Below are positions 38,539 through 51,397 of a stretch of DNA of 64,000 nt, in pieces (position 1 is the first letter of the stretch; the number at the start of each line of letters is the position of its first letter). A model generated the notes under the pieces. The model saw only the letters and a program-made list of their open reading frames with translations. It was not told where the DNA came from and searched no databases. Source of the DNA: Octopus vulgaris (Eukaryota). The DNA is taken from assembly GCA_951406725.2 (NCBI GenBank), contig OX597830.1:46314001-46378000 (forward strand), written 5' to 3'. The position numbers and the translations under genes are program-made.

Positions 38539-38762
38539 TCCATTAAGTCCCAGAGTACTTAAATTTCTGAATATTACTTTTAAATTTTTACAAATGATTG
38601 AAAATAGGTTAAAAGGAAAAAAAATAATTATTAAAACTCCTTTACTTCAAGTAGAAATGGAAATACTTGGTGCCCTATGAATAGGACACTGAGACAATGT
38701 GATATAGCTTGTTTAATGTTCTCATTTAGTGTCCTGTTTATAGGACAGTGGGAGTTAATGGG
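38539..38762. mobile_element. piggyBac-type MITE, family 3
   Basis: TTAA|TCCATTAAGTCCCA ... TGGGAGTTAATGGG|TTAA, with an internal subterminal hairpin CCTATGAATAGGACACT/AGTGTCCTGTTTATAGG. Confidence 0.6.
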
Positions 38763-39554
38763 TTAATACCAAGTCCTGATAGCTGTGTAATCTGATGTTT
38801 GTAGAATTAAGTGTTGAGTCAAATATACAAAACATTTGTAGGGAAGCTGTATTCAGTTCAGCTTTCATTTGGTGTCAAGCAAAATGTAGTGTTACTTAAT
38901 AATTACTTTACATTTCAGTCTTTATGTTTTGTTTTAAGGATATTGTTCTTGCTTATTATCTGAAACTTTGGAATTATTTTGGTATTATCTCTTAACTTCA
39001 GACATCTGTCTACAGAGAAAGTTGGAGTTCACAAATGCATTTGATATATTAAGAAAGGTAAACAGATTGCAGCAGCCAAACTCATCCTATGCTGTACTGA
39101 GAGTCAATGAAAGAACTTCTTTGCATGTCAAATCAACTTGCTTAATATACCATCAGCCAAATAAACTTCTCTTTAAACAAGGCTTTATTGTTCTCCGTGC
39201 CAGACACGGTGCTTGGGGAGGAAAGGACTGACATCTTAACTTATATATATAACAAGATGTTGAAGAAGGTTTCACACAAGCTACTTGTACTTACAAAAAC
39301 AGCAGGCAAATTGTCCTTTAAACAAACCCCTATTTGTCCTAAATGCTAGGTCTGTTTGTTCCATGGCCAACCTTGACGTTAATAGCAACCAAGAAGACAA
39401 CATTTCTATACATCATCTCATCCTACCACAATCGTCCACAGTTGATATATTAAAACACCAGTAATGGACAAAGTCAATTAGGTGCCAGTAATAGACATAG
39501 TTAACTCAATTAGCAGTACACATCCATAACAAAAGCTGACCTTGCATTTAGTCA

Positions 39555-40335
39555 TCATCATCAGCATCATTTAACGTCCGTTTTCCATGCTGGCATGGGT
39601 TGGACAGTTTGACTGGGGACTGGCAAGCCAGGAGGGCACACCAGGTTCCAATCTGATCTGGCAATGTTTCTACAGCTGGATGCCCTTCCAAATGCCAACC
39701 ACTCCAAGTGTAGTGGGTACTTTTTACATGCCACCAGCACGGGAGCTAGTCAGGCGGCACTGGCATTGGCCACGTTTGGATGGTGCCTTTTACATGCCCC
39801 CAGCACAGGAGCCAGTCAGGGCGGAGAGGGGAGCTGGCATTGAGCATGTTCCGATGATGCTTTTTATGTCCCACCAGTACGGGGAGCCAACCAGACGACT
39901 CTGGCAGCAACCCATACATGAATGGTGCTTATTGCTTGCCACCAGTACAGGTATCGGCCACAACTACAATTTCCATTTGATTTTCATTTTGATTTACTTG
40001 ACTCAATAGGCCTCCTCAAGCATGGCATGTCACCCAACAATTCAAGGGTACTTTTTAAATGGGCTGGCTATGTGTCACTGGTATAGGCTATGGCTGTGAC
40101 CTCACTTTCCTTGCTAGGTCTTCTCAATCACAGCATATCTCCAGAGGTCTTGGTCTTTTATCATTGCCTCTGTGAGGCCCAACGTTTGAAGGTCATGCTT
40201 CACCACCTCATCCCAGGTCTTCCTGGGTTTTCCTCTTCTACAGGTTCCTTCAACTGTTAGGGAATGACACTTCTTCACACAGCTCTCCTCATCCGTACAC
40301 AGCACGCGACCATACCAGTGCAGTCGTTTCTCTTG
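39555..40335 (-). mobile_element. RTE LINE 3' end: ORF2 C-terminus, tandem-repeat 3' UTR and (GAT)n tail
   Basis: Reads RLHWYGRVLCTDEESCVKKCHSLTVEGTCRRGKPRKTWDEVVKHDL...DQDLWR (RTE motif RL.W.GHV.R...G.R.RGRP...W), followed by the UTR shared with the dispersed tails. Confidence 0.85.
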
Positions 40336-40519
40336 TCTTTGTAGAGTTCTATGAGTGGTCCTAGATGGAAATCCTCACTTGGAACTTTATCACAAGTCTT
40401 ATTGCCACTTCATACATTTTCTATGAAAGCCACTATGCTTTTTATGATCTGTCCCCTCTTTCAGTCCCCTTATGGCAACAACAACAAAAGGATTATTAAT
40501 ACCAACAACAATAATGACA

Positions 40520-40710
40520 ATAATTCTTTCTAATCTTTGACACAAAACCAATAATTTGAAGCAGGGGAGGAAGCCAATTACACTGACCCCAGTACACAAC
40601 TGGTACTTATTTTATTAACCCCCAAAAGGACGAAAGGCAAAGTCAACTTTGGCAACATTTGAACTCAGACTGTAAAACTGGAAGAAATGTCACCAAGCAT
40701 TTTGGCCAGC
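40520..40710 (-). mobile_element. SINE family B, degenerate
   Basis: GACCCCAGT..AACTGGTACTTA...GAAAGGCAAAGTCAAC..TTTGAACTCAG. Confidence 0.6.
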
Positions 40711-41031
40711 TGTTGCTGCTGTTGATGAGGAGAAGGAGGAGGTGCAAGAGGAGGAGGATAATGGGAGAAAGAGGAGAGGAGGAGGAGGAGGAAGATTTAA
40801 TAAGGTTTCATTGTTTGGAAATTTGTTCTCCCTTTGTGTCCTGATGTCAACGTGTCAAATACTAACCCTAAATAAACCATTCAATCAACCCTTAATTAAT
40901 TATGCCTGATTAATAACAGACTGTTCTCTGGTGATTACTATTTAATAACGATTTGCTAAATATTACTAATCAGAAACAAGGAGGCACTAACAGACAGCAA
41001 ACATCACAAGGTCAAACCACACAGCTGCCAT

Positions 41032-41368
41032 TCATCATCATCATCATTGTTTAATGTCTGCTTTCCATGCTGGCATGGGTTGGACGATTTAACTGAGGAC
41101 TGGCGAACCAGACTCCAATCTGATCTGTCAGAGTTTCTACAGCTGGATGCCCTTCCTAACACCAACCACTCCGAGACTGTATTGGGTGCTTTTATGTACC
41201 ACCGGCACGAGGGCCAGTCAGGCGGTACTGGCAACGACCACGCTTGAATGGTGTTTTGTGTGTGCCACCTGCACAGGAGCCAGTCCAACGGCACTGGCAA
41301 TGACCTCGCTCGAATGCCTTTTCACATGCCACCGGCATTTTTATGTACCACTGGCATGGAAGCCAGTC
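41032..41368 (-). mobile_element. RTE LINE 3' tail with tandem units
   Basis: (CAT)n, CCATGCTGGCATGGGTTGGACGATTT and repeated TGCCACCGGCAC..GAGCCAGTC units. Confidence 0.75.
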
Positions 41369-43474
41369 AGATTAATTGAATAGTATTATATGAGTTGCCA
41401 GTAAAATACGGATGTAAAGCTGTAGCCTTAACATCAGTGGTTCTCGACCATCTTTTTAAATCTCTGAACCCATTTGAATCTGACTTTACTCGGGTAGAGC
41501 CTCCCAGGCTTAATAAAAAAAAGTCCTGAGTTTGATTCATTCAACTAAAAATTCTTCAAAGAAGTGCCCCAGTATGGCCACAGTCTAATGACTGGAACAA
41601 GTAAAAGATAAAATAGAGAGACATTAATGCTTAAATTTTTTTTTTCTTTTTCATGCAAGTTAATCCTGGCGTGATTAGGAGAGATTAAGCAGATGTGGTT
41701 GGTGTTTGGTTTGAGCATTTGTAGGTCAATGTTTGCTGGAAATGCAGAGATGGGAGAGAGAATTCCAGAGAGAGAGAGAGAGAGAGAGACCCCGTCCATC
41801 TAGGGAAGAAGGACTGGAAAAAGTGTTCTGTGTTGGGCAGGTGAGTCTAATTGCTACAAACACAATGGTGATGATGAGATGAAAGGAGATGGATGGAGAA
41901 GAGTGGAGACGGGGATTATCCATGCTTCTTTTAAACATCATTTATAGCAGAAAGTGAGCAGGTCGCAGTTCTGAGTAATGAAAATTCTGACACCAAATAT
42001 TACAACTAAATATTTCAGTGAAATTGATGGTCTTTGAGTTTATATGAAGGGTTGACTTGTGTCTTCCATGCCGTAATCACTTTAGTTTCAGCAGATCAAA
42101 ACACTTGCCATGCTAAGGACATCACCCTATTGTAGAAGGGTTGAGCAAGAAAACTGATCCCTCGTTACTTATCTCACTCTGACTGCGAAATTAAGATACA
42201 GCCACTGTGTTGTACACTTTCACAGATTATGGTAGAGCAAAAAAACTGTTCCTGACAGTAACTAATGCTTAACAATAGAACAAGCATTCAGTGTTAAAGC
42301 AAAACCCATCCAATCTACATTATCAAGGAAGAGATGGACGTGAAACAGAACACAGACACACACAAGAATACAGTTGCCTCTACAAGATATGTAGATGAGA
42401 TTTTACACTAATTTATGATATGAAACACATGGATGACATATGCTGCAATAATAAATATACACACACACACACACACAGAGTCATCTAGTCACTCATACAA
42501 ATCAATATATGAATGTAAGGTTTTCATCCCTAGTGGCCAAGGAATGCATCCATTTGGTGTGGGATGCCCTATACATTAGGAGCTTAATGTGAAATAGCTG
42601 TTAGATAGAGCAACCGCCACCACCACCACCACCATCCAGCCCGTAATCTAATACCCATTTCCTCTCCTTCCTCTCCTTGACAAGTAAATTAATTGAGGTA
42701 ATGGCGAATAAAGAGTTTTGGCAAGAAACAATGAAACCACAACAACCAGAAGTCCAATACTTTTATCCACTAAGTTGCTGCTCTCTCTCTCTCTCTCTCT
42801 CTCATGCACAACTACACATGGAACTGAGCCAACAAAGAAACCACTGCATGATGACTCACCTTGCTAGAAATAACAGTCAAATCTCTCTCAAATCACACCT
42901 TACTGTCTTAAAAAAGGGAAGGCACATAAGACAATGTAAACCTAGATATGTAATATGAGAGGATGGTCACAGCTGTGGACATTTTGTGGTAAATATGTTG
43001 AATCAGGGCTGCACAATAATAAAACCAACACAGAGAAAACAGGACAGAGATACTCAGGCTTTTAGCAAGAGAATTTCTAGCAATGTCGGTGGAAGCGTTT
43101 CTGGGAAAGTGGAGCAGATTTTTGATTTGCCACAACAAAATCTTTCCAACAAAAATATTAAGGCAGCTGCCACAACTAAAGACAGATATATCAACATTGA
43201 AACAGGCCAATGAGAGAGCTTCTACATAGTCACATGATTTGTTTAAGGTGGCAAGCAAATATCCATCAAAATTTGCTCTTAGAAACCATATGTTCTGTCT
43301 CCTAAATTTTTGAGAAAGATCATCTCAACCGTGAAAATAGACGTCCATGGCAAGAAAAATTGTTCCATTTTTTTTCTTTTTTTTTTTCATTCAGTTGCCT
43401 TTGTGTTATACAGCTGCTCTAATAGGAGTCATTTAATAGGAGTACTCTGATATCTGGGGTTACCTTCTGTCTCT

Positions 43475-43640
43475 ATCTTTTACCTGTTTGACTCATATTA
43501 GACTGCGGCCATGCTGGGGCACCACTCTGAAGAATTCTTAGTCAAATGAACCAACCCCATTACTTTAACACACCAAAACCAGTTGTCAAGTGATGGTGGT
43601 GGTGGTGGCAGGGGCAAACACAGTCACAAAGACACACACA
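43475..43640 (-). mobile_element. SINE family A 3' fragment
   Basis: GACTGCGGCCATGCTGGGGCACCAC ... GTTGTCAAG ... GGGGCAAACACAG. Confidence 0.65.
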
Positions 43641-43768
43641 CTATATATATATATATATATATATAAAAAGCAGAGAAGAAAATGGAGAAGATAATTAATT
43701 AACAAACATCAGCCTGCAAACATCAAGTGGATTTATTTATTAATTACAATCATAGGTATACAATCATA

Positions 43769-44188
43769 GGCGCAGGAGTGGCTGTGTGGTAAGTAGCCTG
43801 TCTACCAACCACATGGTTCCGGGTTCAGTCCCACTGCGTGGCACCTTGGGCAAGTGTCTTCTACTATAGCCTCGGGCCGACCAAAGCCTTGTGAGTGGAT
43901 TTGGTAGACGGAAACTGAAAGAAGCCCGTCGTATATATGTATATATATGTATGTATGCGTGTGTGTGTTTGTGTGTCTGTGTTTGTCCCCCCAACATTGC
44001 TTGACAACCGATGCCGGTGTGTTTATGTCCCCGTTACTTAGCGGTTCGGTAAAAGAGACCGATAGAATAAGTACTGGGCTTACAAAAGAATAAGTTCCGG
44101 GGTCGAGTTGCTCGATTAAAGGCGGTGCTCCAGCATGGCCGCAGTCAAATGACTGAAACAAGTAAAAGAGTAAAGAGTAAAGAGAGTA
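43769..44188 (+). mobile_element. SINE family A, full length, young (CpGs intact)
   Basis: Complete head, core, (TA)/(TG) middle and (GAGTAAA)n tail. Confidence 0.92.
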
Positions 44189-44228
44189 TACATCCAGTAG
44201 TATATTGGATATTTATTATCCCTTAGAT

Positions 44229-44429
44229 CAGTGGTTTTCAACCAGGGTTCCGCCAGTACAGTGCAAGGGTTCCGCAAGAAGTTACAAAACTGCTAAAATC
44301 GGCAGTAATTTTTAAGTCTCCTGTGCAGATATGTGTGCATAAGACTATTAAATTATTGCACAGGGGATCCTCGAGCCAGTGGAATGTTTCCTTGAGGTTC
44401 CGCTCCAGCAAAAAGTTTGAAAAGCACTG
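44229..44429. mobile_element. hAT (Charlie-like) MITE
   Basis: Same TIRs as the 22405 copy, with perfect 8-bp TSD CCTTAGAT. Confidence 0.9.
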
Positions 44430-44464
44430 CCTTAGATGGTTGTTTAACCTCTAACTCATACAGA

Positions 44465-44498
<34 letters not shown>

Positions 44499-44654
44499 CT
44501 AATAAAAAGGGTTCAGCAAAGATTTGCTTCACCACACACAGAAGTTTAGAAATAGCAGCCAAAAAGGAGGAAGTGTGCTGAGTGACATCACTGTGTTTAC
44601 TTCATGAAATTTGGGCTTTTGTGATCACGTATGTCTGCTGTAGTCTATGATTTT

Positions 44655-45118
44655 GTTATGGTCAGGAACAAAGAGCCAACGTGAAATTTTGCGTTAAACT
44701 TGGGAAGTCGTCTGCCACAGAAACATTGAGCTTATGGTGATGAGGCAATGGGTCGTATGCAATGTTCCAAGTGGTATGGGTGTTTCAAAACTGGAAGAAC
44801 ATCTCTGGAAGATGACAAGCAATCTGGAAGACCTGTCACAGGCATCAGCCCTGGAAATGTGGTATTGCACATCATGAATTTGTCCCTTAGGGCCAGACCA
44901 TCAACTGAGGGTTCTACTGCAAGGTTTTGAAATGTTGAGGGAGGACATTCAGTGGAAGCAACCGGATCAGTGGGGCATGAAGAACTGGATTCTTCACAAC
45001 GACAATACACCCTGTAACCGAGCTCCCCCCACTTGTGAGTTTCTCACTGAAAACGGGGCAAACTTCTGCACTTGCCCTCTTCATCAGATTTAGTATGTGT
45101 GGGCTTGCATCTCTTCCA
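44655..45118 (+). mobile_element. Internally deleted mariner transposase relic
   Basis: Reads QEQRANVKFCVKLGK..ATET..AYGDEAMGRMQCSKWYGCFKTGRTSLEDDKQSGRP, then HHEFVP.GQTIN..FYCKVL...WILHNDNTP (the HDNAP motif) and a decayed SPDL region, with frameshifts. Confidence 0.85.
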
Positions 45119-46331
45119 GGCTTACCACACAGCTACCCCTGTGTCTACCAAGATGTCTTTTGAAAACAAAACAACAAATGACTCATCATCATCATCACCG
45201 TTTAACGTCCGTTTTCCATGCTAGCATGGGTTGGGAGACTGTAGGATGCAAACTGAGAAAATTTTGGCATCTATTTCTAGCAGGTCAAATGACTGCATGG
45301 AAGTTTCTTTGTTGAGTGCTAACATTGGTAACAATAGTGATAGCGGTGACGGTAGCATTGGTAAAGATATAAATACGCTAAGAAAATCAATAAATTTAAC
45401 ACTATCATTTTGATCAGCCTCTAATCCTTAACTTACACATCTATTGATCCCCCGGTCCTATACATGATAGTCTTTGCTTTACTTCTTGTAAAAACAACAA
45501 CAACAACAACAACACCAGTATCTTGTGCCTTTACTAGGACAGATGTTAATGCTCTGTTGTTCAGTTTGGCTGACTCAGCTTTGGAAGGTTCATGTTACAC
45601 ACAAACACACACACACATACAAACACACACATTCAAACACACACACACACGGTTGCTGGGGTGTCAGATTCCACAAACAGTATCTTATAGTATCGAATTA
45701 TTTCAAACTTCAAACACCTGCTTTGTATAAACTAATTTTTACTCAGGAGGCATCAAAACACACCACTTTTAGTTACTAAAACCATTCTCAGTGCTTTGTA
45801 CATAAGAAGAAAAAAAAATCTATGTACTTTGTTTATCACTGTTCTACATCCAAAGAGATGATCAAGCAACCGCATTCCCCTTTTACAATGTAATAAAACA
45901 TAACCTCTACTACTACTACAACTACTACTACTATTTTAATATGCATCAGTGCATTTCTAGGTAGGAAGAGAATGTTGTTGAAGCAAACTGGGTTAACTGA
46001 AGGTACCAGGTACTTGTTGTGGTTTGATTTGAACTCAAATGTAAATATACTATTTTCAGTAATAGAGTTAACCTATCTACAGGTTCTAACAGCACCACAT
46101 GAGGGTATCTTTCTTCTTTTCTTCTATCAGTCATGGAGGCCCTGAAAAGATCATGGATGCTGCTCTTCCACTTATAGTAGCAACAATAAAATAAAAAAAG
46201 CTCACATCCAAAAGAGCCGAACCTGGGACTGATCCTTTCAGTCCAAAGTTTGGTCCTTTCTCTAGTTTGACATCACAATTTGGTCCTTGGGAGCCTTTAA
46301 CTGAGTATTCAGAATGGATCTCCAGTTAAAG

Positions 46332-46589
46332 TAGGGATTCTCAACCAGGGTCCTCATGACCCTTGGGAAGGGGCATATAAGATTTTTTTGTTAAAAATTA
46401 TGTAAAGCAAACTGGTTATTCTTGTAGAATACACAAAACATTTAAACTAATTTATAAATACAATTGCTTGCAATATTCAATTCTAAAAGTATAAAGGGAT
46501 TTCTTACACATTGAATGGCTTTGAGGGTCCAGTAAAGTATAAAAGGAATCAAAGGGGCCCATGGGTGAAAAAAGGGTTGAGAAGCACCG
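46332..46589. mobile_element. hAT MITE
   Basis: TAGGGATTCTCAACC ... GGTTGAGAAGCACCG, with TSD AGTTAAAG/AGTTAGAG (7/8 match). Confidence 0.65.
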
Positions 46590-46677
46590 AGTTAGAGGAT
46601 AACCTTGGAGTCATACGCTCTTCTTGCATAAATCTTAAGACCTGAAAATGATTCTCCTTCCTTCTCTGACCAATCCA

Positions 46678-46742
46678 AATTACAGCAACATTCGTCCTAA
46701 ACCAGGACTGCCATGTTATGTTGGCAAACAATCTTTGCTCCA
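46678..46742. mobile_element. Single-arm fragment of the 26431 fold-back family
   Basis: AAATTACAGCAACATTCGTCCTAAACCAGGACTGCCATGTTATGTTGGCAAACAATCTTTGCTCCA is nearly identical to 26613-26678. Confidence 0.85.
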
Positions 46743-47299
46743 AGTAAAAATTAATCACATGTAAAAGCCTCTTTTTGGAGGACTAAAAAGTCTGAAAATT
46801 TCTTTGTATTTAATAAAGAAATCAACCTGAGTTTTTCACAAATAACAAATCAACATGAAATGGTTTTCCTTTTTCATGTAAAAGCTCATTTAGGGTTTTC
46901 CTATTTATGCAGTACTGAAGGCTGGTGCTGTGAATTCCAGCACCTTAAAAGTAGGATCTATGTAATATTCAACCTTAAAATTTAGCCTAAAATTCTGGTC
47001 TGAAGAATTCAAACCACCCACACGCTCACCCCCTTCTATTCACCTTGTGTCCTGTGGGGTCACCTGGGCACCTCATCACCATTATCTCTTTGTAGCTCCT
47101 AATGACCATTTCCCTGTTCTCTGTCTCATCCTCTCCTGCTAAATCTGTGTAGCCATGCACATCTTCCACAAGATCATTTCATGACCGCTTCTGCCTTCTT
47201 TAATAGTTTAGTCCCTTCTCCCCGAGCACGAAGCTGACCCCCACCACCACTTCTACCACCCCTATGGTTTGTAGAAATGAAAGCAGTGGCAACCTCAAT

Positions 47300-47495
47300 A
47301 GTGCAGGTGCTATGAAGAAAGCACCCAGTACATGCGTGAAGAGATTGGCATCAGGAAGGATATCCAGCTGTGGAAACCATACCAAAGCAGGCACTGGAGC
47401 AGAATACAGTCCTTAGACCCATTGGAGATTGTCAAACTGTCCAACTCATGCCAGCATAGAAAAAAGGAACATTAAATGATGATGATGATGGTGAT
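47300..47495 (+). mobile_element. RTE LINE 3' tail fragment
   Basis: TTGGCATCAGGAAGG..ATCCAGCTGT...CATGCCAGCAT...(GAT)n. A similar copy is at 50350-50550. Confidence 0.6.
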
Positions 47496-48113
47496 GACAC
47501 ATTGGCCTTTCCATAATAGAAAACTAAATCCCAACTACGCAACTATGTATGTGTACATATGTGTGTATAAGCTTTGTGTAAAAGTAGAGAGTGTGTATGT
47601 GTTGACATATTCACACACACACAAACTGTACAGCAGGAAAGCAGAAGAAATGCTTTATAATACTCCAAGTCTGGTGCTGCACTCGGCTGATTGAAAACCC
47701 TCAGCAGAATAAACTTTTGTCTTTCGGTGCTTCAGGATTGATAGAAAAACCACTAAGGTTGGTTTAATCATAAATTGTCTGGTTAGTGAAATAGCCAAAG
47801 GCCGTATTCGTTTAATTTTGAGATTAATGACATAATAGAAGCTGAGCAATGACATAATCACAGCCAACTTCAGACAATAGTGTGAAGACAAAAGAAACCC
47901 CCCTAAATTGCTTTGAAAGCAGATTGGAGCAGATGCTTACCATTAATCCACACTAATCTCAACAAATGTGACAAAGAAGCCTTTATAATGCCTCTAATAA
48001 ACCTTACACACACATATATATATATAATTCAAATTTACAAAAAACAAAAGACACAGACAGGTGAAGGAACAACAAGCAGGTGTATTAGTTTGACACTTGG
48101 GAAGAATGGAAAG

Positions 48114-48152
48114 GTCTTTGACATTTCGAGCCTATGCTCTTTGACAAAAAAG
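48114..48152 (-). ncRNA. Decayed minimal hammerhead-like motif (Penelope-derived repeat)
   Basis: Minus strand CTTT-TTGTCAA-A-GAGC(ATAG)GCTC-GAAA-T-GTC-AAAG. Stems I and II and GUC are intact, but the CUGANGA core is degenerate. Confidence 0.3.
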
Positions 48153-49159
48153 GATTGAGAAGCAAAAATGGAGAGAGAAAAAAAATGTGTAGGAAATATT
48201 TGTTCAACATGATGAAATGACAGGAAGAAGGAGGCTGAGCGAAAGGGAGATAGATAATAACGGTGACCTGGCTGAACTAGGGTACGTAAGTGCATGTATG
48301 TATGCGAGATTGGTATGTGTGAGTGTGTATATGTGAGTGGGGGCAAGCAAGTGCGAACGTATGTGTGGATGAGCTTAAAATTATGTGGGCCTGTGTGTGC
48401 CTATGGAAGCATGTGTGTATATGTGTATAAGTAACCTAGTGCATGCATTGTGTGGAGTGATATGCATTTTGTATATTTGTATGAGTGTGTGTGTGCATAT
48501 GGACATGTGTATACGACTGCCAACACTTATACAGTAACTGCTGAATTATCACTAGTTGAGGTAATATGGTACTAAATTACTATAAACTACTATAGAGCAA
48601 GGATTCTCTACCTAACCAAGTTATACAACTATTCATGCAGACTCTTGGAATGCTCAATAAAAGACAACAGATGGTGTCGAAGTGAAAACATGAGAACAAA
48701 CCTCTCTTAACACTTTTGTGACCATATTTCTAACAAGACAGCATTTTACCTTTGTGTTTTGGTTTTCAAAATCCAGAATTATGAATAGTTTAATGAAATA
48801 ACTTCCAACTTTATAAAAGACAATGTTTACCTGTTCAAATCGAACATCTTTCATGTAATAATAATAATTTTGAACTGAAATTTGCTTCAGAAAGACTGGA
48901 ATTGAAAGAGTTAAAAATCCCAATCAACTCCAGATGGCATGTAGTCCTGTTAGTAACACCTAATTACCACAGCAATCTCAGCTGCTACACCCAACCAATG
49001 ACATTTGAAGTGGGAAAATATATGGATTCTGTGTCTGTCAGGAACCCAAATATCTTACCATTAATCAAGGAATCTGGAATAGCAATGGAGTGATGTGTCT
49101 TTTCATTCTTAAGCATCCTGATATGAATGTGTGTGTGTGTGTGTGTGTAAATGCACTTA

Positions 49160-49442
49160 TATCTTTTATCTTGTACGTTTTTCAGTCACTGAACTGCGGC
49201 CATGCTGGGGCACCACCTTGAAAGGATTCAGCCAAATAAATCACCCTCGATACATGTATTTTTAAAAGCCTGACACTTTATCAGTCTTTTATGCTGAACA
49301 ACTAAGTTATAGGCTGTAAACAAACCAACACCAGTTGTCATGTGGTGGTGGTAGACAAAAACAAACACAAAGACACACACAAATACCTACATGCAACAGG
49401 CTTCTTTCAGTTTCTGTCTATCAAATCCACTCACAAAGCTTT
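49160..49442 (-). mobile_element. SINE family A, partial
   Basis: ACTGCGGCCATGCTGGGGCACCACC ... GGCTTCTTTCAGTTTCTGTCTATCAAATCCACTCACAAAGCTTTG. Confidence 0.7.
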
Positions 49443-49851
49443 GTATGTTTGTATGTATGCATGTATGTCTAAACATACACACACACACACTTATTAGTCA
49501 AGCATTGAACAGAAAGATCAAAATCCTTGTGGATGTTTCTCAATCATTAAACAAGTTCCTTCACTCTACATAACTCAGTTCATTTTATCGTTCAGAAAAG
49601 GTACAAGAATTTTGGGGAATCCTATTGTGATAGCTCAGTATCTTTACACCTCTCATCTACTTTCCAAAACTGGAATTAAACACTCACCTCTAAAAATTAT
49701 TAGTCAGATCATCTTATAATCCATTCTTTATGCCTTAAATCCTCAAACCAAGAGGATTGATGACTTCCACAGCAAATAAGAAGTAGTCTATAACATTATA
49801 AACATTTATAAAGAAATAATAGATTAATTTTCAAGAAACGGCAGCCAATTG

Positions 49852-50100
49852 CTGGAGGGAATCCAGGATTTTTTTGGGGTGTTGCCCAAAAGTTTTGGAA
49901 AACATACTATATAAAGTGGAAATTGCAATTCGTAACAAATGGACACCTAGTAGGTCCAGGCAACACCTATTCTAGTAAGAGCTGACTCCCTTTTCCTTGA
50001 CTGTTGCCCAAAAAGCCTTGGTCCTAATTTTTTTGGTGTCGACTTGCCTAGAAAAGGTGTTGCCCAAACAACTAGGGCAACACCCCTGTATCCGTTACTG
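49852..50100. mobile_element. Probable non-autonomous DNA transposon with repeated subterminal GTGTTGCCC motifs
   Basis: Degenerate TIRs (GGAATCCAGG / CCTGTATCC) and five copies of TGTTGCC(C)/GGCAACA in both orientations. Confidence 0.4.
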
Positions 50101-51273
50101 AATTCTCCGCTAAATCACATCTAACCATCTTTAGGCAGAAAACACACAAAGTTGTCAAGTGCATCAGATGGAAGGGCTCACAGTATTGTGTGTCTGCACT
50201 CTGAGTTCAAAGTTCACAGAGGTCAACTTGGACTTTACGGTGTCAATAAAAAAAACAATCCAGGAATGATGAGTTGGCAGTGCCATAAGAACGCCAGACC
50301 CTGTCATTATTATTAGCCACCCGCCATTCAGTTTGGAAGTCTTGTCTTGTGGGTACTTGGCAACCTCACCAGTGCTGGCGCCATGTAAAACACACTCAGT
50401 AAACTCTGTGAAGTGGACGGCATTAGGAAGTGCATCCATGCCAAAATGGACATTAGAATTTGGCAGCACAACCTTCTGGCTGATCTGTTCGTATCATACT
50501 GCCTAACCCATACAAGCATGAAGAAAGGGATGATGATGATGATGATGATGATAATCTGGGGTTTTGGTATTCTGAGTTCAAATCTCAACATGGTCACCTA
50601 CTTGGGTGCAAGACTTAATCCATCTCTGAAATGGCCCCCTGGGTGCCTCTAGTGGAATCCACTCTGTTGTAAGGATTCTCTTTCCAGTTTAAGGATACTT
50701 TCCTCCTTCCCTCTCACCAGTCTTGGAGGTCCTGGAAGCCGGTCAGGAGCACTGCTTCTTCTCCTCCTCCTCACAAAAACAACACAATGAATAACAACAC
50801 GGGTCCTAAAGAGACTGTCAGAAAAATGAAGCTTCAACATAAGTCTGCTCAATCACGTCTCTGGGGCTAAACAGAAACCATGGGCAATGGAAACTATATC
50901 AGTGAAGCAATGTATACACACTTGATTAGATGAGCAACCTAATCTACAGCCTCGTTATTTCTAATTAACAGAAAGAAAAATAAATTAATATTTAGGAAGT
51001 AATAAGAAGCTGACGTATTTGGTTATTTGTTACTTTTTCGTTTGGGCGTGTCTGTTCTTTAGTCAAATTCTGGTTGAATTCCCAATATTAAAACATCTTT
51101 ATGTCAGAATGGTGGCATAAAAAAGAAAAGGCTTGGGAGACCCAGCTGTGCGTAAAATGATGATGATGGACTAGTAAACAAAGGGATAAACAAAAGTTAA
51201 AGAAAAATAGGGAGAAGCGAAGGTATGGAGAGAAATAGACAGAGGGGAGGTAAGAGTTGTACAAAATGTTACT

Positions 51274-51302
51274 GGTGGTGGAGGTGTTGGTGGTGGTGGA
51301 GG

Positions 51303-51333
<31 letters not shown>

Positions 51334-51397
51334 GGTGGAGGTGGTGTTGGTGGTGGAGGAGGTGTTGGTGGTGGAGGTGGAGGTGTTGGTGGTGGTA
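51274..51397. repeat. Imperfect (GGT/GTT/GGA)n trinucleotide tract
   Basis: About 125 bp of in-register triplets. Confidence 0.9.

Noticed and set aside
39002-39057. Plus-strand 56-nt segment with acceptor and donor signals (DICLQRKLEFTNAFDILRK)
   Set aside because: It is isolated, with no partner exons and no recognisable motif, consistent with chance.
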